A stretch of DNA of 18,685 bases from Octopus sinensis (taxonomy: Eukaryota). Position 1 is the stretch's first letter. Each line of letters opens with the position of its first letter. Shown one piece after another: positions 1-10,157 of this stretch. The notes under the pieces were generated by a model, which saw only the letters and a list, made by a program, of their open reading frames with translations, did no database searches and was not told the DNA's origin. The position numbers and the translations under genes are program-made. The stretch is from positions 1 to 18,685 of the forward strand of contig NW_021824425.1 in the NCBI RefSeq assembly GCF_006345805.1, in the 5' to 3' direction.

Positions 1-390
1 AAAGAAATAGATATGTGCATCTCTGATCACGAGAAGAAATAGTAGGGGAGCATCATAGCCATGTGTTGAGAAGGAATTCTTTAAGGCTTGGGTAGTTCCC
101 CTTTGTTTCATTCAACATCCTTAAACAAACCTTATTGAGGGACCTTTTGAGTGGGATGGGTTACTCGACCAGAAGAAAATTCTAACTGGGCCCCACCTGC
201 AAGGTCATGCGCTGTTTATCTTGATATGAGATCACCATGTCGCGCACATATGGTTGTGATGCATGTGTCTGGTGTACCCTTATCAGACGGGTAGTCATGA
301 TGGGTATACTGGGCTTCGTATATTTGTACCCCAGTGTCACTTTGATGGCAATGCACTGCTCTCTCACTCAATAATAATAATAATGATAAT
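1..390 (+). mobile_element. Probable 3' end/3' UTR of a non-LTR retrotransposon ending in an (AAT)n tail
   Basis: Moderately GC-rich 360 bp ends abruptly in ...gcactgctctctcactc-AATAATAATAATAATGATAATAAT. It resembles a recurrent octopus repeat terminus (recalled, not searched). No diagnostic ORF. Confidence 0.5.
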
Positions 391-435
391 AATAAGTAGT
401 AGTAAGTAGTAGTAGTAGTAGTAGTGGTGGTGGTG

Positions 436-475
<40 letters not shown>

Positions 476-478
476 CAA

Positions 479-517
<39 letters not shown>

Positions 518-523
518 TAGTAT
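368..523 (+). repeat. Compound trinucleotide microsatellite (AAT)n(AGT)n(GGT)n(AGT)n(AGC)n(AGT)n
   Basis: Directly visible. Confidence 0.97.
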
Positions 524-540
524 CTTATATGATGGTTTAA

Positions 541-1150
541 AGGACGCACGAGCGTATTCGACGCACCCTATTTCAGTAGCCCTTATTCAAGGAATAGAAA
601 AACGGGGCTTTTAGTGCGTTTAAGCAATGTTTGTTAGCTTGCCGGATTAAAGGTTCTTAGCAGTATTTCGTCCGTCTTCATGTACTGAGTGCGATGGTTG
701 CAATGATTATTTTCGTTTTGTGTATTCAAAAATAACACAGAATATATTTTGGGTTTATTTTAATTTTTTCTTCTTTTTTTGCTTATTTTAAAAGCAAAAA
801 AATTGGTTAGCTTGCCGGATTAAAGGTTCTCAATATTGCTTAAAACACTATAAGCTTCAAAGCATTAAAAGCTCTGTTTTTCTTTAGTATTTAAACCGGC
901 CATATCCGGCCAAAATATTTAATCTGTTTTATGTTCAAACTGACCAGATCCAGGCTCTCACACCTACCCTACAATGTTATTCTACATTAAGTAATTACAC
1001 CATCAAGATCTTGAAGATATGAGATAATGCACGATTAATTCAAATCAATGGGAATCAATAAGCATTATGTTTGATTGAATAATCTGAACAGTAAAGGGTT
1101 AAATAAAGGGCTGCTGAAACAGGGTGCGTTGAATACGCCCGTGCGTTCCT
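541..1150. mobile_element. Non-autonomous fold-back DNA transposon (MITE), Kolobok-like (TTAA-type TSD, AGG...CCT ends)
   Basis: 541-587 AGGACGCACGAGCGTATTCGACGCACCCTATTTCAGTAGCCCTTATT is the reverse complement of 1102-1150 with 4 transitions and 2 indels. The match continues as ~594-632 vs 831-882. Flanks are TTAA (537-540) and TTTA (1151-1154). Confidence 0.65.
882..1102. mobile_element. piggyBac-like MITE remnant inserted in the right arm of the 541-1150 element
   Basis: Right end ...cagtAAAGGG-TTAA (TTAA at 1099-1102). Left end eroded to ctttagtatttaaaccggcc. It interrupts the outer inverted repeat exactly here. Confidence 0.55.
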
Positions 1151-1525
1151 TTTATGCAAAAGCTACGCATATAAAACAAGTACATCTTGCCCTGTTTATC
1201 GCGAGGGGCTGGCTAACGAGAAACTGGTAAGTGAATTAGTATCGCGCATTTGGGAAATTGAACGAATAACAGATTGGATTCTATGACACCGAATTCGTGG
1301 CCCACACCATCGAAACACCCACCGCCATCAATTTTCTTCATCATTTCTGCCATTTTGTGCAGATAATACATTTGCCTGCGTTATTTATTAAGACCAGATG
1401 GCTTTGCATTGGAGTGAATAGCGGATTTCTTGGCACCGATTTCTTGGCACCTACAGCAGCTAAGCTCCGACTGTCGTGTATCTTGACCATTTCTACCTCA
1501 GCCGCCTCATTTGCAATTCGCACGG

Positions 1526-1610
1526 CTTCTAGTGTAGAAGATCCTTGCCCAAGGGGCGATGAAGTGGGACTGAATCTGGTACTTAAGCCAGCTTCTTACC
1601 ACCTGCGTGA
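1526..1610 (-). mobile_element. Degenerate fragment of tRNA-derived SINE-A
   Basis: gtagaagatccttgcccaagg...gtgggactgaa...cttcttaccac matches the intact copy at 5930-6010. Confidence 0.55.
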
Positions 1611-2001
1611 TAAATCTGTGATGAATACAACACGGTTTACAACTAAACGTATCGTGCTATTGCGGATCGGTGACGAGTGGATACGCGATAAACGAGTCTA
1701 GATGTACTTAGAGTAAAATATGGAAGTTGAACATGACAAGAATTTGCTTTGTAAAAATAGTGACAAAAAGAAGAGCGCATGGGAGAAGATGCGATGAAAC
1801 AAACGTTTATTTCGGCTTTTACTTGTGTCAGTCATTGAACTGCAGCCCAGAGAGTGATTTTTTAGTCGTTGACCTATTCTATCAGTCTTTTTGCCGAATC
1901 GCTAAGTTGCGAGAATTTAAGCAAACCAACAGTTTTTTCTAAGGGGTGGTTGGAGGACAAACACAGACACAAATTCATACACGCACATTTGGATATGTAT
2001 T

Positions 2002-2044
<43 letters not shown>

Positions 2045-2139
2045 CTATCTATCTATCTATCTATCTATCTGTTTATCTGTCTGCCTATCTATTTGTCTAT
2101 CTACCTACCTACCTACCTACCTGCCTGCCTGTCTGTCTG

Positions 2140-2188
<49 letters not shown>

Positions 2189-2190
2189 AA
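2002..2190 (+). repeat. (ATCT)n/(ACCT)n/(GTCT)n tetranucleotide microsatellite
   Basis: Directly visible. Confidence 0.97.
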
Positions 2191-2375
2191 TATATATATG
2201 TATATATATATAAAGGAAGAAAAAGAAAATGGAGATAGTGAAGTTGATAAATGTTTATTATCAACAACAAATCAATCATTATCCTTTACAGCTGTTTCAA
2301 TTAACACCCAGTGAATTAATTGAATATTGAACCAGTATTTCCTTTCATAAGTCTAACATAACCTCTAATCGAATT

Positions 2376-2438
2376 TTATATATATATATATATTACACTT
2401 ATATATGTATGTATATATATATACACACACACACGCAC

Positions 2439-2490
<52 letters not shown>

Positions 2491-2612
2491 ATATTATATA
2501 TATATATTATATGTATTATATATATGTATATATGGTGTGTGTTTATATATATAATTATATTTATAGATATACATACACTCATATACACACATTACTTTTT
2601 ATATAAAATATG
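2376..2612. repeat. Imperfect (AT)n microsatellite
   Basis: Directly visible. Confidence 0.95.
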
Positions 2613-3171
2613 TATGACAGGCTTCCACACAGTTTCCGTCTGATACTTCACTCTCAAATTGTTGGTCAGCCCTAGGCTGTAGCAGAAGAAAGGCATTTTG
2701 CCCGAGGTGTCGCCGCGCACTAGGACTGAACCCGAATCTGTTTTGTTCCAAAACGAACGTCTTAACCACACAACCATGCATGAGTCTATGTAAGACTTTA
2801 AAGAAAAGCCAGTGGAAGGTGTAATTTCAGGGAGAAGTGCGGAGAAAAGAGTGAGAAAGAAAGGGGTAGAACGAATGTGCAGGTGTGAGAAACGACTGTA
2901 AGACATGACGCGATTAGATAAATATTTATTTACTTAAAAACGAAAGTGAAAGTAAAATACTTTCGTAATGTAAAAATATAAACAAAAAAGGATTTTTTAA
3001 AATTATTTTTTAATTTATATTTTGGGGGAGAGGAAGAACATTAAAACTCAACCTGCTTTTTTTTTCTCCAATTTGAAGGTAAAAAAAATATAAACACGTA
3101 AATAAATGGTAAAAACGTCAAAAAAAACATTCAGAAATTCAAAATTCCTTTAAATAACGTCGATAAAACAC

Positions 3172-3265
3172 TTCTTATTTATTTATTTATTTATTTATTC
3201 ATAACACTTGGTTTTATATCATAATCATCATCATCATCAGCAGCAGCAGCATTACCACCGTTGTC

Positions 3266-3338
<73 letters not shown>

Positions 3339-3375
3339 TACTATTACTATCATTATTATTTTATTATTATTATTA
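3172..3375 (+). repeat. (TTTA)n, (CAT)n(CAG)n and (ATT)n microsatellites
   Basis: Directly visible. Confidence 0.95.
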
Positions 3376-3377
3376 CT

Positions 3378-3542
3378 GTACTGCCGAGGTCGACATAGGC
3401 CATCAACCCTTTTCGGGGGTCGATAAAATAAGTACTATCTGAATACTGGGTGGGGTGAGGGTCCATATAATTGACTTACCCCCATCCTCCGAAACTACCT
3501 GCATTGTACCAAAATTTGAAAGCATTATTATTATTATTATTA

Positions 3543-3579
<37 letters not shown>

Positions 3580-3610
3580 GTTGTTGTTGTTGTTGTTGTT
3601 GTTATTTTTT
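3378..3610 (+). mobile_element. 5'-truncated SINE-B copy with (ATT)n(GTT)n tail
   Basis: ctgccgaggtcgac..cccttttcgggggtcgataaaataagtac..actgggg..gacttacccc matches SINE-B at 15590-15670. It runs directly into (ATT)n at ~3523. Confidence 0.75.
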
Positions 3611-3907
3611 TATTTGTTGCAATTGTCTTTCGTTCAGCTTCAAACGAACCGTGATGTTCTTCCTCCTCGCCCCCCACCCCCAAACCCCACCATATTAAAG
3701 TCATATTTAAAAATTAATAATATAATTATAACAACAATATATATACATATATATACATATATGTATATATGTATATATATACATATATGTATATATGTTT
3801 ATATATGTGTATATATGCATGTTTGTATTTAAAATGTAGAAAACATGCCAACGGTCGCTGGATTTTATTTTTATTTTCTTTAAAGAATTTATTAAATAAT
3901 TGAACGA

Positions 3908-4053
3908 ATGAATTTATTATTATTACTATTAATATTATTAATATTATTATTATTATTTATTATTATTATTATTATTATTATCATTATTATTATTAGTATT
4001 ATTGTTATTTATTATTATTATTATTATTATCATCATCATTATTATTATTATTA

Positions 4054-4090
<37 letters not shown>

Positions 4091-4662
4091 CATCATCACA
4101 TTATTATTCATCATCTTCATCATTATTATATTATTATTATTATTATTATTATTATTGTTATTATTATTATTGAGTTCAAATTCCACCGAGGTCGACTTAA
4201 TAAGTACCAGTTTTGCACTGGGGTCGATTCATTCGACTAACCCAATTATCATTATTATTATTATTATCATTATTATTATTATTATTATTATCATTATTAT
4301 CATTATTATTATCATTATTATTATTATCATTATTATTATTATTATTATTAATATTATCATTATTATTATCATTATTATTATTATTATTATTTATATTATT
4401 ATTATTATTATTAATAATATTATTAATATTATTATTATTATTATTATCATTATTATTATTATTATTATTATCATTATTATCATTATTATTATCATTATTA
4501 TTATTATTATTATTAATATTATCATTATTATTATTATCATTATTATTATCATTATTATTATCATTATTATCATTATTATTATTATTATTATTATAATTAA
4601 ATTATTATTATTATTATTATTTTATTATTATTATTATTATTATTATTATAATTATAATTATA

Positions 4663-4693
<31 letters not shown>

Positions 4694-4741
4694 TTATTTT
4701 TATTATTATTATTATTATTATTATTTTTTTTATTATTATTA

Positions 4742-4777
<36 letters not shown>

Positions 4778-4800
4778 TTATTATTATTATTATTATTATG
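3908..4800 (+). repeat. ~0.9 kb (ATT)n microsatellite with ATC/AAT variants
   Basis: Directly visible. Source of the poly-I/L/Y pseudo-ORFs. Confidence 0.98.
4170..4245 (+). mobile_element. Internally deleted SINE-B fragment embedded in the (ATT)n array
   Basis: tgagttcaaattccaccgaggtcgactt-aataagtaccag..gcactggggtcgat..tcgact matches SINE-B with the central segment missing. Confidence 0.8.
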
Positions 4801-4883
4801 ACCATGAATTTGTACACATGACGAAAGAAGTGTACGTCTACAACTTTTTCCAAGGGACCAATATTAATATCATTACCTGTCTA

Positions 4884-5165
<282 letters not shown>

Positions 5166-5261
5166 CATCATTAGTAAATATATTGAGACTAAAGTGAAAA
5201 AAATATTGAATAACACACAAAAAAAAAACGTTTTCAGTGTTGTTATTTATTTGTAATTTTT

Positions 5262-5306
5262 TCTTTATCTAGTTTCAGCTCACGAGCTGTGGCCATGCTG
5301 GGGCAC
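5262..5306 (-). mobile_element. Isolated 3' tail remnant of a LINE/SINE related to the SINE-A tail
   Basis: Minus strand reads gtgccccagcatggccacagctcgtgagctgaaactaga, homologous to SINE-A gtgctccagcatggccgcagtcaaatgactgaaacaag. Confidence 0.65.
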
Positions 5307-5604
5307 AGATTGTTTTTCTTGTTTTTGTGTGTTCTTGTTTTGCTTTTCTTTTTTTGTTATGGCGAATCGGAGAATTTGAGAAATTTGCAAAATAAGCCGA
5401 ACGTCAAACTTGCTGTCTTCAATTCGGTTTTTGCGCCCTTTCTCACATTTAGTCAATGGTGTTGAGCTGCTAAGTGAATGAGGACGATCGGGAATACGAG
5501 GTTGAGTCAAAAAGTAACGCCATTTTGTTTAGGACAGGTATAATTACCAAACACAGGAACGTGTATCATGCATCAAAATGAAGCTGGTCCTCTGTGGATC
5601 ACAT

Positions 5605-5800
5605 ACTCCCTTTACTCTTTTTACTTGCTTCAGTCATTTGACTGCGGCCATGCTGGAGCACCGCCTTTAGTCGAGCAAATCGACCCCGGGACTTATTATT
5701 TTGTAAGCCCAGTACTTATTCTATCGGTCTCTTTTGCCGAACCGCTAAGTGACGGGGACGTAAACACACCAGCATCGGTTGTCAAGCAATGCTAGGGGGA

Positions 5801-5835
<35 letters not shown>

Positions 5836-6030
5836 TATATATATATTACACACATACATGTATACATGACGGGCTTCTTTCAGTTTCCGTCTACCAAATC
5901 CACTCAAAAGGCATTGGTCGGCCCGAGGCTATAGCAGAAGACACTTGCCCAAGATGCCACGCAGTGGGACTGAACCCGGAACCATGTGGTTGGTTAGCAA
6001 GCTACTTACCACACAGCCACTCCTGCGCCT
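5605..6030 (-). mobile_element. Full-length tRNA-derived SINE-A with internal (TA)n(TG)n
   Basis: Minus strand shows head aggcgcaggagTGGCTGTGTGG (A-box), GGTTCAGTCCC (B-box-like), a central microsatellite, and tail ...ggcggtgctccagcatggccgcagtcaaatgactgaagcaagtaaaaagagtaaa. Many copies occur in the window. Confidence 0.9.
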
Positions 6031-6232
6031 ACTTTTCAACATAGTCACTCTTTCTCTCAGTAGTAATGTTCCACCTTCGAATGAGACCATGTATCCCTGC
6101 CCCGTAAAGTTCTGTTGACTGTTCTTTGAGCCACTTCTTTACTACAGTTTTCACTCCCTCGTTACTGGGATGTTTGCTTCTCAAACCCTCTTTCATGGGG
6201 CCGAAGAGATGATAGTCTGAAGACGCTAAATT
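6029..6232 (-). pseudogene. Mariner (DD34D) transposase C-terminal fragment, frameshifted
   Basis: Reads NLASSDYHLFGPMKEGLRSKH-PSNEGVKTVVKKWLKEQSTELY/AGIHGLIRRWNITTERKSDYVEK*. This includes the YSPDLAPSDYHLF-type third catalytic Asp motif. Confidence 0.9.
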
Positions 6233-6239
6233 ATTCCGG

Positions 6240-6375
6240 TGACGAGGAAGTGAAAAGTGTAGTGAAGAAGTGTCTCAAGGAACAGTCAATAGAATTTTAT
6301 GGGGCAGGGATACAAGCTCTCATTCGAAGGTGGAACATTGCTATTGAGAGAAATGGTGACGAAGTTGAGAAATTA
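6240..6375 (+). pseudogene. Second mariner transposase C-terminal fragment
   Basis: DEEVKSVVKKCLKEQSIEFYGAGIQALIRRWNIAIERNGDEVEK, part of track ORF 6250..6558. Confidence 0.9.
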
Positions 6376-6440
6376 TGTGATCCACAGAGGACCAGCTTCA
6401 TTTTGATGCATGATACATGTTCCTGTGTTGGTAATTATAC

Positions 6441-6566
6441 AAATCGACGCCAGGACTTATTCTTTGTAAGTCAAATGCTTATTCTATCGGACCCTTTTTG
6501 CCGAACCGCTAGGTTACGGGGACATAAACATACCAGCATAGGTTGTCAAGTATGGTAGGGGAACAA

Positions 6567-6605
<39 letters not shown>

Positions 6606-6768
6606 GACGGGGCTTCTTTCAGTTTCCGTCTACCAAATTCACTCACAAGGCTTTGGTGGGCCCGAGGCTATAGTAGAAGACACTTGCCCAAGGTGCCACG
6701 CAGTGGAACTGAACTCGGAACCATGTGGTTGGTAAGCAAGCTACTTACCACACAGCCACTCTTACGCC
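6441..6768 (-). mobile_element. SINE-A copy lacking its 3' tail
   Basis: Colinear with 5680-6030. Confidence 0.9.
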
Positions 6769-6769
6769 A

Positions 6770-6772
6770 ATA

Positions 6773-6833
<61 letters not shown>

Positions 6834-6965
6834 TATAATAATATAATATAATATAATATCATATAATATAATATAATATAATATAATATAGAAAATATAA
6901 TATAATATAATATATATATATGCATATATACATACGTATACTTACATACTTACATGTATACGTAT
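6770..6965. repeat. (AT)n/(ATATA)n microsatellite
   Basis: Directly visible. Confidence 0.95.
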
Positions 6966-7290
6966 AAACATATGCATCTGTGGGCACATGACGTCACAAA
7001 TCATAAACAACAAAAAATACGAACTACGAAGACATGGAATAAGGACTCTTTTTGCAAGCAACGGAAGAAACAAATGGAAAACAAGACAAGCAACGCAAGG
7101 AGCGACCCTTCATCAGTTGTGGGCTGCTTTTCTAGTCTCTATTTCGAGCAATTCACGACAAGACACGCCTTCGATTAAACAGTTGCTCCCACAAAGCAAA
7201 TCAAATAAATTTGCAATCTTGCGGAGGGTCAAGACTGCTGACAAAAACAGGAGAGTGAAAACAAACAGGAAGGGCTGCTAAGCCTAAAGG
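6960..7290 (-). mobile_element. Dispersed repeat, probable Penelope-like element 3' terminal region (copy 1)
   Basis: Homologous along its length to 15898-16330 (+): ggctta.cagcccttc, tcctgtttttgt, ccctccgcaa, aaatttatttgatttgc, tcgaaa, actgaYgaaggg, aaaaa.agtcc. The family assignment is inferred from the CTGANGA/CGAAA motifs. Confidence 0.5.
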
Positions 7291-7327
7291 AGGTTGTGGC
7301 GGAGAGCGCGAAGAAAGTCTGGACAGG

Positions 7328-7620
7328 AGCGGTTCGGCAAAAGGGGCCGATAAAATAAGCATTCGATAAGTCCTGGCGTCGATTTGTTCGACTGAAAAGA
7401 ACAATACGTCTTCCCTTTCCACCTGAAATAGGAAGAAAGAAAGAAACACAAGTTAGAAGAATGGCCGTTGGCTACGTGGGGGCCACGTGAGCAAATAAGG
7501 ACCGATAGAATAAGTTCTAAGCTTAAAAAGAAGTCGTTTTCTTCGACTTTAACCTCCTTAAGGTGGTACTCCAGCATGGCCGCAGTCAAAATACTGAAAC
7601 AAGTAAAAGAATAAAAGAAT
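7328..7620 (+). mobile_element. Two partial SINE-A 3' halves (7328-7392, ~7492-7620)
   Basis: gcggttcggcaaaa..gataaaataag..gtcgatttgttcgact, and gaccgatagaataag..ccagcatggccgcagtcaaaatactgaaacaagtaaaagaataaaagaat. Confidence 0.8.
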
Positions 7621-7639
7621 ATATATATATATACATACA

Positions 7640-8495
7640 TACAGACACAAGCTTAACACAGAAGTACACACATGAACGTACACACGTACCCGTTCACACA
7701 CAAGCATATACACACATTAACACACAAGCCTTCATACATACACACACTCAAGCATATACGCACGCACACGCACGTTCGCACACACACACATAAGCATAGT
7801 CTCACACACGCACACACAAGCATACTCGCACACATACATACACATACACGCACACTGACACATACACGCACACAAGCATACCCGCACACACGTACTCACA
7901 CGCACAAGAATATTTGCACACACACACACACACAAGCATACTCGCACGCGAACACACTTACACACACGTACACTCACACACACAAGCATACTTGCACACG
8001 TACATACACGCACGCACACGCACATATACACACATACACGTGCGCGGACACACACACACACACACACACACACAAGCATACCCGCCCACACTCACACACA
8101 CGCGCACAGAATATTTGCACACACACACACACATACACACAACATACTCGCACACACACACACACAGAAGCATACCCGCACACACACACACACAAGCATA
8201 CCCGCACACACGCACACAGAATATTTGCACACACACACACACAAACACAAACATACTCGCACACAACCACACAGGCATACCCGCACACACGCACACACAC
8301 ACACATACGCACACGCACAGAATATTTGCACACACACACATACACACAAACATACCCGCACACACACACACACACATACAAGCATACTTGCATACGCTCA
8401 CACACGCACGCACACGCACACACGTACACACATATCCATGCGCGCGCACACACACACACATAACACATAACACTTACACACACACGTACGCACAC
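7640..8495 (+). repeat. (CA)n-derived higher-order minisatellite
   Basis: CA runs punctuated by recurring modules CAAGCATAC(C/T)CGC and GCACAGAATATTTGCAC. Confidence 0.92.
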
Positions 8496-8634
8496 CCGTT
8501 ACCGTGTGTTGTTCGGGTGAGCTTATAGCGTACGATAACTGCGCCGCTTCGGCGTACTAAGACAAGACGATGCTAAAGTACATCTGACCTGCTTCAACGC
8601 TATCGCTACAGTGACCCAGTAAGCCAAATTTGCA

Positions 8635-8635
<1 letters not shown>

Positions 8636-8681
<46 letters not shown>

Positions 8682-8784
8682 CTCTCCCTCCCTCCTCTCT
8701 CCTCTCTCTCTCGTCTCTCTCTCTCCTCTCTCTCCCTCTCTCTCCCTCCCTCCCTCCCTCTCTATCTCTCTCTCTCTATCTCTA

Positions 8785-8816
<32 letters not shown>
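8636..8816 (+). repeat. (CT)n polypyrimidine microsatellite
   Basis: Directly visible. Confidence 0.96.
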
Positions 8817-8825
8817 ATTTCACGC

Positions 8826-9990
8826 TAGAGGCTATTATAGTGTCTATAGCAGTGTGGGTGGTAGTAGATTAGTGGTATGGTCGCCATGGCTGCAGTAACG
8901 GCGTAATGTCTGCAATAGACTGTATGGGTGGTAGTAGAGTGGTGTTCGGTCCGTGGTTATTACTGTAGAGCCTGTTAAGCAACAATAGCGTCTGTTATTG
9001 TATGGGTGGTAGTAGAGCGGTGTACGGTCTGTAATTATTGTTGTGGTGTGTTAGGCTATAATAGTGTCTATTATAGTATGGGCTGCAGTGGATTAGTGGT
9101 ATGGTTGCCAAGGCTGCAGTAACGGCGTAATGTCTGCAATAGACAGTATGGGTGGTAGTAGAGAGTGGTGTATGGCCCATAGTTATTGTTATAGTGTGTT
9201 AGTTTATAATAACGTCTGTTATAGTATGGGCTGCAGTGGCTGCCGTGATGGTGTAATTTCTGCAATAGACAGTATGGGTGACAGTAGAGAGTGGTGTATG
9301 GTCTGCAGTTATTGCTGTAGTATCTGTTAGGCTATAATAGCGTCTGCTTTTGTATGGGTGGCAGTAGAATGGTGCATGGTCCGTCGTTGTTGTCGTAGTG
9401 TCTATTAGGCTATAATGGCATCCATTATAGTATGGGCTGTAGTGGGCTAGTGGTGTGTTGTCTATGGCTGTAGCAATGCTATAGTAGTGGTGATGCAGAA
9501 CGTATTATAGACAAGGTGGTAGTAGATAAGTGGTGAGCATGTTACTGCTGTGGCTGCAATAGAATAGTATCTGTAGTAGTATGGGTGGTAGTGCACTAGT
9601 AGAGTAGTAGCTACGGTTGTCGTAATTGTAGTACCGTAATGTCTGCAATAGACAGTATGGGTGGTAGTAGAGAGTGGTGTATGGTCCGTAGTGGTGATGC
9701 AGAGTGTATTATAGACAAGGTGGTAGTAGATAAGTGGTGAGCGTGTTACTGCTGTGGCTGCAGTAGAATAGTATCTGTAGTAGTATGGGTGGTAGTGCAC
9801 TAGTAGTGTAGTAGCTACGGTTGTCGTATTTGTAGTACCGTAGCATCTGCTGTAGTATGGGTGGTGGTGGTGGTTTACTATTTGTGCGGTTGCTACGGTT
9901 GTAGTAGTGCTGCAATGCCTGTAATAGATAGTGTGATAGTGGAGAGTGGTGGAGTGATGTGGTGGTATTGGCGATAGTACTAGTGGTACT
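8826..9990. repeat. Mosaic G/T/A-rich satellite built from shuffled modules
   Basis: The core AGTATGGGTGGTAGTAG recurs many times. Direct duplications: 9484-9639 vs 9688-9843 (offset 204) and 8867 vs 9091 (offset 224). Confidence 0.85.
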
Positions 9991-10157
9991 TCTTATGTTA
10001 CAGACGCTCGGCTCGGCTCAGCTCATCCAAGTCGGTCCAGAAGCAGTCAGGGGCCCTTCGTGAGTTCTTGCATTGGTTTTCGCCCGTTTTTGGTACAAAA
10101 GCCTTTGTGGCATTGCGGGTTTCGAGATTCGTTGCTCCACGTCCTAACTGCATTCGT

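Larger units (their letters stand above)
1810..2780 (-). mobile_element. Old SINE-A copy or copies split around an expanded central microsatellite
   Basis: 1810-1990 matches the SINE-A tail half (tttacttg..cagtcatt..tttgccgaatcgctaag..gacaaacacagacac). 2615-2780 matches the head half (gacaggctt..cagtttccgtc..ggactgaacccg..ttaaccacac). The two are in colinear order. Confidence 0.55.
5495..6440. mobile_element. Mariner-derived fold-back element: two 3' ends in inverted orientation, interrupted by a SINE
   Basis: Left end TA-CGAGGTTGAGTCAAAAAGT (mariner-type terminus, TA at 5495-5496). 5538-5604 is the reverse complement of ~6375-6440. Transposase C-terminal coding is present on both strands. 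Confidence 0.85.

Noticed and set aside
1160-1232. Plus-strand donor-like CTG/GTAAGT at ~1227 with an open frame upstream
   Set aside because: No acceptor before the MITE end at 1150 and no recognisable peptide.
1297-1701. 134-aa plus-strand ORF
   Set aside because: Non-ATG start, runs through a degenerate SINE fragment, no domain recognised.
5960-6030. tRNA-like A/B-box heads here and at 14075, 15501, 17720, 10855 and 12460 as tRNA genes
   Set aside because: No complete cloverleaf. Each is followed by a repeated SINE body.
7563-8528. His/Thr- and Val/Cys-rich ORFs up to 263 aa on both strands
   Set aside because: CA-repeat translations, open in several frames at once.
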